From a virus: a stretch of DNA of 52,500 bases. Location: UHGV virus genome UHGV-0197997. The stretch is one strand, 5' to 3'. Of this stretch, positions 45,334 to 52,500 are shown piece by piece. The notes beneath the pieces are model-generated. The model had not been told where the DNA came from, ran no database searches, and saw only the letters and a list, made by a program, of their open reading frames with translations. Position 1 is the first letter of the stretch. The number at the start of each line of letters is the position of its first letter. The position numbers were made by a program, and so were the translations under genes.

Positions 45334-46111
45334 AAATTCAAAAGACGTATACGGAGCCAGTGGCAAGACGAACGTTCTGACGTTCGAGCCCGAAAAGCTG
45401 CACCTGGTAACCGATAAGACCCATCCGCTCTACGATGAGCGTATTCACCTGCCGATCGACGAAGGGATGGTACTGAATATCAAGGAGCTGGGTGTTCTGG
45501 AACCGATTGCTGTCTGGAAAGACCCTGAAAAGGGACTTACCTGTGTAGTTGCTGGTCGTCAGCGCGTTCGCCATACCCTGGAGGCAAATAAACTCCTTCT
45601 GAAAGAAGGCAAAGACCCACTGCTTGTTCCAGGCGTCGTTAAGCGCGGGTCAGCAAATCAGATGGCTAAATATATGGTCAGCGAAAACGAAATTCGCCGA
45701 CCTGACACACCGCTTGGGCGGGCTAAAAAAATGTCAGATGCTCTGGATCGCGGTCTTGATGAGGACGACATTGCGGTGTTGTTTGGCTGCAGCGTTCAGA
45801 CCGTGCGCGCCACCCTGTCTCTGCTTGATGCCACTCAGGCCGTTCGGGATGCGGTCGAATCTGGCACTGTCACCGTCTCTCAGGCGCGCCAGCTGGCATC
45901 AATGAAGCCAGAAGCACAGCGGGAGAAGGTAGCAGAAATCGAAGCGGCGACCGCCGGCACTACCGGACACGAAAAAACGCGCCGGCAGCGCCAGGTTCTT
46001 GGCGACGCAAAACCCCGCCTGAAAACTCGTAAAGACATAACTAAAGCACTGGAATCAGCCGAAGGAGAATTTGCCGCGGCTCTCCGCTGGGTGCTTGGGG
46101 AGAGCGTATGA
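45326..46111 (+). CDS. ParB-like nuclease domain protein
   Basis: N-terminal ParB/Srx-like region with GRQRV motif context; C-terminal HTH-like; start at MAKNSKD. Confidence 0.45.
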   Translation: MAKNSKDVYGASGKTNVLTFEPEKLHLVTDKTHPLYDERIHLPIDEGMVLNIKELGVLEPIAVWKDPEKGLTCVVAGRQRVRHTLEANKLLLKEGKDPLLVPGVVKRGSANQMAKYMVSENEIRRPDTPLGRAKKMSDALDRGLDEDDIAVLFGCSVQTVRATLSLLDATQAVRDAVESGTVTVSQARQLASMKPEAQREKVAEIEAATAGTTGHEKTRRQRQVLGDAKPRLKTRKDITKALESAEGEFAAALRWVLGESV

Positions 46112-46242
46112 ACTCTGATCCCGGACATTACAGCAAATATACGCTGCGTCGGTTTGCCGTCCTGGTCGATGTTATCTGCTGGGTAGCTGTAGTCGTAGCG
46201 GCTTGGGTCATCTGCATGATTATTGAGTGGTGGACAGCATGA
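46108..46242 (+). CDS. Small membrane peptide, 44 aa, translationally coupled
   Basis: ATGA overlaps at both ends with neighbouring genes; hydrophobic FAVLVDVICWVAVVVAAWVICMII. Confidence 0.35.
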   Translation: MNSDPGHYSKYTLRRFAVLVDVICWVAVVVAAWVICMIIEWWTA

Positions 46243-46607
46243 ACGTATACGAAATGGAAGGTTTTCTCCGTGGTAAATGCTTACCTAGTGATATCAAGGT
46301 TAATGAATCAAACGCTGAATACCTGGTGAGAAAACTCAATGCAGCAAGCGAATTAGAAGACGAAGTAACGGCTCTGGTCGCAACTCTTGAGAAGTGCCGG
46401 GAGATTACCAACTGCCCGGCTGGCGTAGACCTGCAGGACCATCTGCGACAGTTGGTGGCGGATTCAGTGCAGCAGCGGATTTCTGAGTTAGAGTCCCCCA
46501 CCTTAACATTCGAAGTCACTGTAGAGCCGTTCACCTGCCCTCGATGTGGTACCACAACAACCCATCCAGAAGGGTGGCACTATTGCCATAAGCGGGAGGG
46601 TGAGTAG
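46239..46607 (+). CDS. Hypothetical protein with C-terminal zinc-ribbon-like CPRCG...CH
   Basis: ATG start; Cys pair motifs. Confidence 0.45.
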   Translation: MNVYEMEGFLRGKCLPSDIKVNESNAEYLVRKLNAASELEDEVTALVATLEKCREITNCPAGVDLQDHLRQLVADSVQQRISELESPTLTFEVTVEPFTCPRCGTTTTHPEGWHYCHKREGE

Positions 46608-46835
46608 ATGGCCGTTACAAAAATGCAGTGCGTTAGCTCAGCCAATCCTGACTGGTTTACGCCAAGCGCTGTGTACGACTCAGAGCCACGCGGTGTTGAT
46701 ACCTGCATTTGCGGTGACAACCTCGTATCAGACCTGAACAAAGAGGACTGGTACGAAATGAGCCAGCGTATTGATGGTCTGTGGTTCTTAATCGGTTTTG
46801 AGCAGTCAATTTTGTTCCGGGGAGCCAACCAATGA
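46608..46835 (+). CDS. Hypothetical protein
   Basis: ATG preceded by GGGAGGG. Confidence 0.45.
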   Translation: MAVTKMQCVSSANPDWFTPSAVYDSEPRGVDTCICGDNLVSDLNKEDWYEMSQRIDGLWFLIGFEQSILFRGANQ

Positions 46836-47260
46836 CCAGCAAATTAACCAGAGAGCAACTTCACGAACGCGCCCGCGAAAATGTCAAAGCGTTGAAAATG
46901 GCGTCACGCCAGCATGCATTCGAAAGCGCGCGCGAAGAAATATTGGCTGACCTGCAGCTTGCCGAACTGGCGCTGGCCGCAATGGACAGCGAGCCGGTGG
47001 CGTATACCGACGAGCGCAACTTGGGCTACATCGACCGAGGGAGGGAGACGGCGTATCTGTGGGGAAAACAGAACTCAGAGCCAGCAGATGTTGCGCTCTA
47101 TCGTCACGCGCAGAAGCCGGTAGTGAACGAGGATTTATACAAACTCGCTAATCACATAGCCAGCAGCAAAAGCGGATTGCCTGATGAATGGCAGGACTGG
47201 GCCGAGGAACTGGAGACTGATATTCGCCGTGCCGCCATGCTCAACGGAGGTAAGTCATGA
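46832..47260 (+). CDS. Hypothetical protein
   Basis: Overlapping start/stop with neighbours in early-left operon. Confidence 0.45.
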   Translation: MTSKLTREQLHERARENVKALKMASRQHAFESAREEILADLQLAELALAAMDSEPVAYTDERNLGYIDRGRETAYLWGKQNSEPADVALYRHAQKPVVNEDLYKLANHIASSKSGLPDEWQDWAEELETDIRRAAMLNGGKS

Positions 47261-47640
47261 AAGACAAACTGCTTATAATCAGGAACCAGTTGAAAATGGG
47301 GCACAGGCTGTCATTCGCAGAAGCAATGCTCCTGCAGCGTGCCATCGACGTGTTTGTTTGCCAGGCTGGCAACTCTCCGGTAATTCCGGATGGTTACGTG
47401 ATGGTGCCGATGAGGTTAACCGCTGAGAACGGTGCGAAAGCAGCGCTTCTCGGGGAATTCAACCTTGAATACTCGCTGACCTGCCATGAATGTTTTGGTG
47501 AAGGGTGCGACGACTGCAGCGGCGAGGGAACATGGACAAATACTATCCCGATTGATTGGACAACCATCAAAGAAATCTGGGCTAAAGGTGTTGAGCATTT
47601 CGCAGCCGCCCTACCAGCACCGAAACAGGAGAACATTTAA
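47257..47640 (+). CDS. Hypothetical protein with Cys-rich motif (CHECFGEGCDDCSGEG)
   Basis: Overlapping start/stop; zinc-finger-like Cys/His cluster. Confidence 0.45.
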   Translation: MKDKLLIIRNQLKMGHRLSFAEAMLLQRAIDVFVCQAGNSPVIPDGYVMVPMRLTAENGAKAALLGEFNLEYSLTCHECFGEGCDDCSGEGTWTNTIPIDWTTIKEIWAKGVEHFAAALPAPKQENI

Positions 47641-47653
47641 CGTGAACCATTTA

Positions 47654-48211
47654 ATGATCGACATCGAAACTATGGGAAATAAGCCTGCTGCGCCAATTGT
47701 CGCGATCGGCGCTGTGTTCTTCGACCCAAAAAGCGGTGAGCTGGGATCCGAGTTCTATGTGGCCGTCGACCTCGCTAGCGCCATGGATCAGGGGGCAACT
47801 CCTGACGGTGACACAATTCTCTGGTGGCTGAAGCAATCAGCTGAGGCCAGGGCCGCGATTTGTACCGGCGACACTCTTCACATCGATGAAGCACTTTATG
47901 AACTGAGTGACTTCATCAGTCGAAACTCTGAAAACCCGCGTTATCTGAAAGTCTGGGGCAACGGTGCCAACTTTGATAATGTCATTTTGCGAACTGCGTA
48001 TGAACGTGCGGGCCGTATTTGCCCTTGGCAGTTCTGGAATGATAGCGACGTGCGCACCATGGTGCTGCTTGGTCTCCAGTTGGGTTTCGATCCGAAGCGC
48101 GATATGCCGTTCGATGGTGTGGCCCACAATGCGCTGGCTGATGCTCGCCACCAGGTGAATTACGTGTCAGCGATTTGGCAGCGCCTACTGCCAACCAACA
48201 CCGAAGAATAA
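47654..48211 (+). CDS. 3'-5' exonuclease (DEDD-type)
   Basis: Exo I-like motif MIDIETMG near N-terminus and downstream acidic/His motifs (HNALADA). Confidence 0.6.
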   Translation: MIDIETMGNKPAAPIVAIGAVFFDPKSGELGSEFYVAVDLASAMDQGATPDGDTILWWLKQSAEARAAICTGDTLHIDEALYELSDFISRNSENPRYLKVWGNGANFDNVILRTAYERAGRICPWQFWNDSDVRTMVLLGLQLGFDPKRDMPFDGVAHNALADARHQVNYVSAIWQRLLPTNTEE

Positions 48212-48254
48212 ACCAAAACGCCCGGGTGCAGCCGGGCTGTATGGAGGACCTGTC

Positions 48255-48464
48255 ATGGCAAAACTTATGAAAGCGAGTCAATGGGGCAAACGCGAATTTG
48301 CTAAAGACTCTATTCCTGATAATCGAACGATTAAACGTTGGGTTGAAAATGGACTCCTTACGGGAAAGATCGTCGACGGATCCGTTTTCGTCTTCGAGTC
48401 TGAAAAATGGGGTGTCGACTCAATGGTTAACCACACAGTTCGACAGCTAATAAATGAAGGTTGA
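48255..48464 (+). CDS. xis: Excisionase-like small DNA-binding protein
   Basis: 69 aa basic protein immediately upstream of and overlapping integrase start; SD GGAGG. Confidence 0.5.
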   Translation: MAKLMKASQWGKREFAKDSIPDNRTIKRWVENGLLTGKIVDGSVFVFESEKWGVDSMVNHTVRQLINEG

Positions 48465-48466
48465 CC

Positions 48467-49645
48467 ATGGCAGCAAGACCAAGAAAAAGAGAATATCGTC
48501 ATCTTCCTGAATACCTGATCTTTGATAAGGATCGAGGTGTATACAAATTCACACTCATAACGGGAAAGAAAAAGAATCTTGGTAAAGACCGAGCTATGGC
48601 GATAGCTATAGCTCGCGAATATAACCTAAGAATGAGGCCCTTTAATGCACCATCGGTTGAATTATTAATCCGAGACTCCGGGGGGATCTCTGGGGAAGCT
48701 AAACCATTTGCTGAACATGTAGATCATATTATGGCCCGAGCGATTGAAAATGAGCGCCCATCTCAAAATACTCTTGATGACTGGAGTAACGACGCACTTC
48801 GGGTGAAAGAATTCTTCGTCGGTATGCCAGCCTGCGATATCGAGCTGGAGCACGTGAACGCCTATATAAACCATTATCATGCTGATGCTTCAGCAAACGT
48901 ACAAAACAGGAAGGTCAGCTTCCTTAAGAAACTATTCTCCTATGCTGTCGATGAATCATTGATGTTTGATAACCCTGCTACACGTAAAAAAATGCGAAGG
49001 ACTGAGGAGAAGAAACGGCAGCGCCTGTCACTCGATAACTTTAAAGCCATCAGACTCGCCGCCGAACCATGGCTGCGTACCGCTATGGATTTAGCATTGC
49101 AGACGACGCATGCACGCCTCGAGGTGTCACGAATCCGATATTCAATCAGTGAGCCAAAAGATGGAGTCTGCGGGTGCGTATGGCTGGCACAGCCGGAGAA
49201 TGGGATATATGGCACGCTATACATCCACCGCCAGAAAGTACAGAAGAAAGAGGCCTCGCATGTTGCAATCCCGATCGGGGAAGAATTGAAACGGATTATT
49301 GACGAAAGCCGCGATAACGTAGCTAGCCCGTTTGTCGTTCATCGAATTCCTGAGCGGCAGGTTAAACGCAGCAAAGAGGTTTCACACCCGACACAGGTTG
49401 CGCCGGATTATCTGAGCCGGTCCTTTTCCGCGGTGCGAGACAAGCTAGGTTTATGCGACAAACTGGCAATGGATGAAAGACCAACCTTTCACGAAATTCG
49501 AGCGTTGGCCGCTCACCTCTTCGATCAGCAGGGTATAGATCCACAAGGTCGAATGGCGCATAGCGATGCAAAGTCCACCAAGATTTATACTCAAAATCAT
49601 ATAGACTGGGTCGTCGTCCCTCATGGTGAAATCAAAGCCTGTTAG
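48467..49645 (+). CDS. int: Tyrosine integrase (lambda Int family)
   Basis: C-terminal catalytic region with HEIRALAAH ... KSTKIY(Tyr); N-terminal arm-binding-like domain; start at ATG after SD GAAGG. Confidence 0.85.
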   Translation: MAARPRKREYRHLPEYLIFDKDRGVYKFTLITGKKKNLGKDRAMAIAIAREYNLRMRPFNAPSVELLIRDSGGISGEAKPFAEHVDHIMARAIENERPSQNTLDDWSNDALRVKEFFVGMPACDIELEHVNAYINHYHADASANVQNRKVSFLKKLFSYAVDESLMFDNPATRKKMRRTEEKKRQRLSLDNFKAIRLAAEPWLRTAMDLALQTTHARLEVSRIRYSISEPKDGVCGCVWLAQPENGIYGTLYIHRQKVQKKEASHVAIPIGEELKRIIDESRDNVASPFVVHRIPERQVKRSKEVSHPTQVAPDYLSRSFSAVRDKLGLCDKLAMDERPTFHEIRALAAHLFDQQGIDPQGRMAHSDAKSTKIYTQNHIDWVVVPHGEIKAC

Positions 49646-49769
49646 CAGAAAAAAACATCTTAATTATTAGTACAGACAAGATAACAACTTTACAGCACAA
49701 AGTTAGATATAATTAGAGAGTCTACTTTGTGCCGTACTAGTATTACTCACAAAGAGAATAAAAAATCAA

Positions 49770-51083
49770 TTATTCAAATTCATCCAGCGTCCCGTTAACT
49801 TCTCCTTGTTCTACAGACCCCAGACCTAATCTACCAATTAATACAGGGCATTTCATTGTTATAGAAACACTCATATCTCTCCCAGGGACTCCAGCCTCTT
49901 TATAATGTTCTCCGCTTGCATTAGCAGAAAGCTCCGCATAAAATCCGCTATCAAATCTATAATTTTCTAGTGTGATATCCTCTACCGAATCAAAAATTGT
50001 ATCGGATATCGCAATCGCTCCTGATACTCCATCACCATCAAAAATATCGTTGGGGTTATTTTCAAAAGATTCTTTGCATATTTCTGCCAAGCTGTCTCCT
50101 GATATTAATCTAAAAGGAGTATCTTCAAATAACATATCAAGATGACTGAAAATGAAATCAGCTGTAAAATCTTCATTATCCGAATTTTCATCTAACACTA
50201 TCTGGTGCAGTTCCTTTGCAAGTTCTTCATCATAATATATATACTCCACCTTCCCTAAAGTTTCATTATTGAAATTTTTATCGTTAAGTAGTGAATCAAA
50301 ATCGGCATAACCAAACAGTACTGAAACAATTGAACTTAAGGATTTAATAGAAATATATACATCATCATCCTTAAAGCTATCTGCTACTATTTGCATAAGA
50401 AAAAACGCAGATGGGAATCTATTAGAGGCAAGAGTGGCTCTTACTTTAGCACCCTCACTCTCAAATCGCAGCATTTCTAATTCTGTTTTCTTCTCTTTTT
50501 TAACAAGTTCCAGCTTTGATATTCTTTCATTATTTTCTGCTTCTTGCGTTTTAAACAGCTGCTCTTGAGTTTTAAGTGTCGACTCTGCCTTTTTAGCCTC
50601 TAAACGAGAAGTTCTCAGTGTCATATGGTCTAATATCAAATTGCGTTTATCTATATCATGTTGGACTAATTGCTCCAAAAATTTTTTATTAGGATTAGCT
50701 TTAAGCTTTTCCATATTCAACTTTTTCTGATGATCAATTTTTATCAACTCTTCCGAAATTGCTTGTTTATGAAGCTTCTCCTTAGCCCAGTGTTGTAGAA
50801 ATTTAATAAATAATGAAAACCAAGGAAAAAGGAAAAGATAAAAAGATGCAATAAGTAATGGGATAACAAAAAGTTGATTCCAACCAATCAATGGAGTTTT
50901 TTCTAAATAATTAGTAAAACCACTTACCCGTTCAGCTACCTTACCTTCTCCCCAGAAAAGTAATGCAAGTTGATTCCAATTACATACTAACCAAGAACAT
51001 ATAAAAGTACCAACGAAGGGATCATTGATTCTTGTTCTTGCATTTCCTGCTATTGAAGAGAAGAATTCTTCTAAAAATTTCAT
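49770..51083 (-). CDS. AT-rich cargo protein: N-terminal membrane helices, central Lys/Glu-rich coiled coil, acidic C-terminal domain
   Basis: Located between int and attR core; visibly low GC relative to the phage backbone; hydrophobic segments LFVIPLLIASFYLFLFPWFSLFI; start taken at MKFLEEFF. Confidence 0.55.
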   Translation of the reverse strand: MKFLEEFFSSIAGNARTRINDPFVGTFICSWLVCNWNQLALLFWGEGKVAERVSGFTNYLEKTPLIGWNQLFVIPLLIASFYLFLFPWFSLFIKFLQHWAKEKLHKQAISEELIKIDHQKKLNMEKLKANPNKKFLEQLVQHDIDKRNLILDHMTLRTSRLEAKKAESTLKTQEQLFKTQEAENNERISKLELVKKEKKTELEMLRFESEGAKVRATLASNRFPSAFFLMQIVADSFKDDDVYISIKSLSSIVSVLFGYADFDSLLNDKNFNNETLGKVEYIYYDEELAKELHQIVLDENSDNEDFTADFIFSHLDMLFEDTPFRLISGDSLAEICKESFENNPNDIFDGDGVSGAIAISDTIFDSVEDITLENYRFDSGFYAELSANASGEHYKEAGVPGRDMSVSITMKCPVLIGRLGLGSVEQGEVNGTLDEFE

Positions 51084-51556
51084 TTTTCTATCGTTAACCA
51101 AGGCTAATTTACCATCAATTTAACAGCATATACTGTAAAACCGCAATAGAATAACCCGTTGTCTATACAACATACTTGTTGTCAATGGGGACTATACTGC
51201 TCCAATCCACAGAGTACTATCCGAAGACACAAGTGTTCAAAAACCTTTCTATTCAACTCATATGCTTTTAGTCAGTTCGAATGAGTTGTAGCTTGGAATG
51301 CTTCACTCGATCATGTTAGGCCGCTAGGAAATCGAGCAGAACAAACAATCAACAAAAATGTTTGTCCGATATAATCCACTGTGCTGAAAAGGTTATGACC
51401 AGACTTAATAAATTAATCCAAATGGCATGGGGAGAAACTACCCCCTAACTCATTGATGTATATAGAGCATATTTTGCTAAAAAAGCACTGTTTGTTTATA
51501 CATACAAACATCCCTCACCACCAGCAATGGCGCGGCTTACAGCGGTTTATAAGCGG

Positions 51557-51605
51557 CGACATGGGGTGTCGGGGGTCGGAGGTTCAAATCCTCTCGTGCC
51601 GACCA
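51557..51605 (+). other. attR-like core: 3' portion of tRNA-Pro(GGG) (anticodon loop to CCA), no 5' half
   Basis: CGACATGGGGTGTCGGGGGTCGGAGGTTCAAATCCTCTCGTGCCGACCA matches the recalled 3' part of enterobacterial proL; upstream sequence cannot form acceptor/D-arm. Confidence 0.6.
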
Positions 51606-51650
51606 AATCATTCACCGGTAAGTTATCTTAACAACCGGTAACCCTTAAGA

Positions 51651-51682
51651 ACCCGCATCCTCTCTGAGCCTGCGGGTTTTTT
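51651..51682 (+). terminator. Rho-independent terminator (native tRNA terminator)
   Basis: ACCCGCA ... TGCGGGT inverted repeat followed by TTTTTT. Confidence 0.6.
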
Positions 51683-51836
51683 AATGCCCGAATCACCCCG
51701 TCGACACGGTCACGGTCCGCGGTCGAATCCATCCCCGTTTCCGCACTGCTGATGAAGAAACTCCGACCTTACTGATTGTAAATCGAAGAATAGCTTCTAT
51801 TATTCGTCGTACTTGCCTGACACCGGAACAATTAAT

Positions 51837-52500
51837 ATGAGAGTTAATGGACTTACGAAGGGATTTTTTATCCTGATTTTGCTGATGGTCAGCCTCGCCT
51901 TTTTTAATGTTCTTTCCCCCTATTATTCAGCCATACTGTGGGCCGCGATTCTGTCGGTCATCTTCAACCCGGTGAAGAACAAGTTGCGTACTCGCCTCGG
52001 TGAGCGCAATGGCCTGGCCTCGTTGTTGACCGTCGTGATTATCTGCCTGATTGTTTTCACGCCGCTGGCGATCATCATTTCATCGCTGGCGATTGAGCTC
52101 AACCTGGTTTACACCCAGCTTCAGCATAACGACACCCAGTTTCCTGTGGTGGTGGCCAATCTGTTTGCCCATCTGCCTGAGTGGGCCAGAAGCTTTCTCT
52201 CCGAACATAACCTTGACAGCGCAGAGCAGATTCAGAAACAGCTCTCTGACGCCGCTCTGAAAGGCGGGCAATATCTGGCCGGCAGCGCGTTCCTGATTGG
52301 TAAAGGGACTTTCGGCTTTACCGTTAGCTTCGGCATCATGCTGTATCTGCTGTTTTTCCTGCTCAAAGATGGCCCCTATCTGGTCATGCTCATCCTTGAG
52401 TCCCTGCCGCTGTCTAACTACGTTAAGCAGCATCTGTTTGCCAAATTTGCCGCCGTATCACGGGCAACCGTAAAAGGTACCGCCGCCGTCGCCCTCGCCC
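51837..52500 (+). CDS. AI-2E family transporter-like membrane protein (host gene, 3'-truncated by window end)
   Basis: ATG at 51837; multi-pass hydrophobic protein open to the window end; first non-phage-like gene. Confidence 0.5.
   Translation, partial: MRVNGLTKGFFILILLMVSLAFFNVLSPYYSAILWAAILSVIFNPVKNKLRTRLGERNGLASLLTVVIICLIVFTPLAIIISSLAIELNLVYTQLQHNDTQFPVVVANLFAHLPEWARSFLSEHNLDSAEQIQKQLSDAALKGGQYLAGSAFLIGKGTFGFTVSFGIMLYLLFFLLKDGPYLVMLILESLPLSNYVKQHLFAKFAAVSRATVKGTAAVALA

Larger units (their letters stand above)
1..51605. mobile_element. Lambdoid prophage (HK97-type head, siphovirus tail); right boundary at attR-like tRNA-Pro fragment, left boundary outside window
   Basis: Contiguous phage modules in lambda prophage order: tail, head, terminase, lysis, Q, replication, cro/cI, early-left genes, xis, int, att core; host-like gene only after 51837. 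Confidence 0.85.

Noticed and set aside
51557-51605. Possibility that the T-arm/CCA fragment is the 3' end of tmRNA (ssrA)
   Set aside because: The segment includes an anticodon-loop-like GGG context and an acceptor sequence matching tRNA-Pro as recalled, not the ssrA 3' end
51453-51641. Track ORF overlapping the tRNA-Pro fragment
   Set aside because: Spans the tRNA-derived att core and has no SD; better explained as the non-coding att region
1-52500. Insertion sequences, transposases, or toxin genes of known families
   Set aside because: No ORF shows DDE transposase or recognisable toxin motifs by eye; none is reported

Overview
Almost the whole window (1 to ~51605) is one lambdoid prophage with an HK97-type head and a siphovirus tail; its left end lies beyond the window. 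The minus strand carries the late operon (Q antiterminator, three DNA methyltransferases across early and late regions, a phage tRNA-Thr, lysis cassette, HNH/terminase, head and tail genes) and the early-right operon (cro, replication initiator with internal iteron-like repeats, RusA, KilA-N). The plus strand carries cI and the early-left operon ending in xis and a tyrosine integrase, followed by an attR-like core that I recognise from memory as the 3' end of tRNA-Pro(GGG), then a host terminator and a partial host AI-2E transporter gene. All family assignments are from motifs read by eye; no searches or folding were run. The most unusual feature is a ~1.45 kb stretch (41760-43208) without credible genes, containing a split tRNA-like element and two tRNA 3'-end-like minihelices. 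Other candidates for undescribed accessory functions are an AT-rich membrane/coiled-coil cargo gene between int and attR, three low-GC morons between lysis and terminase genes, an operator-controlled two-gene module antisense in the late operon, a TerB-like gene coupled to a small membrane ORF, and a secreted Cys-rich moron inside the tail module.
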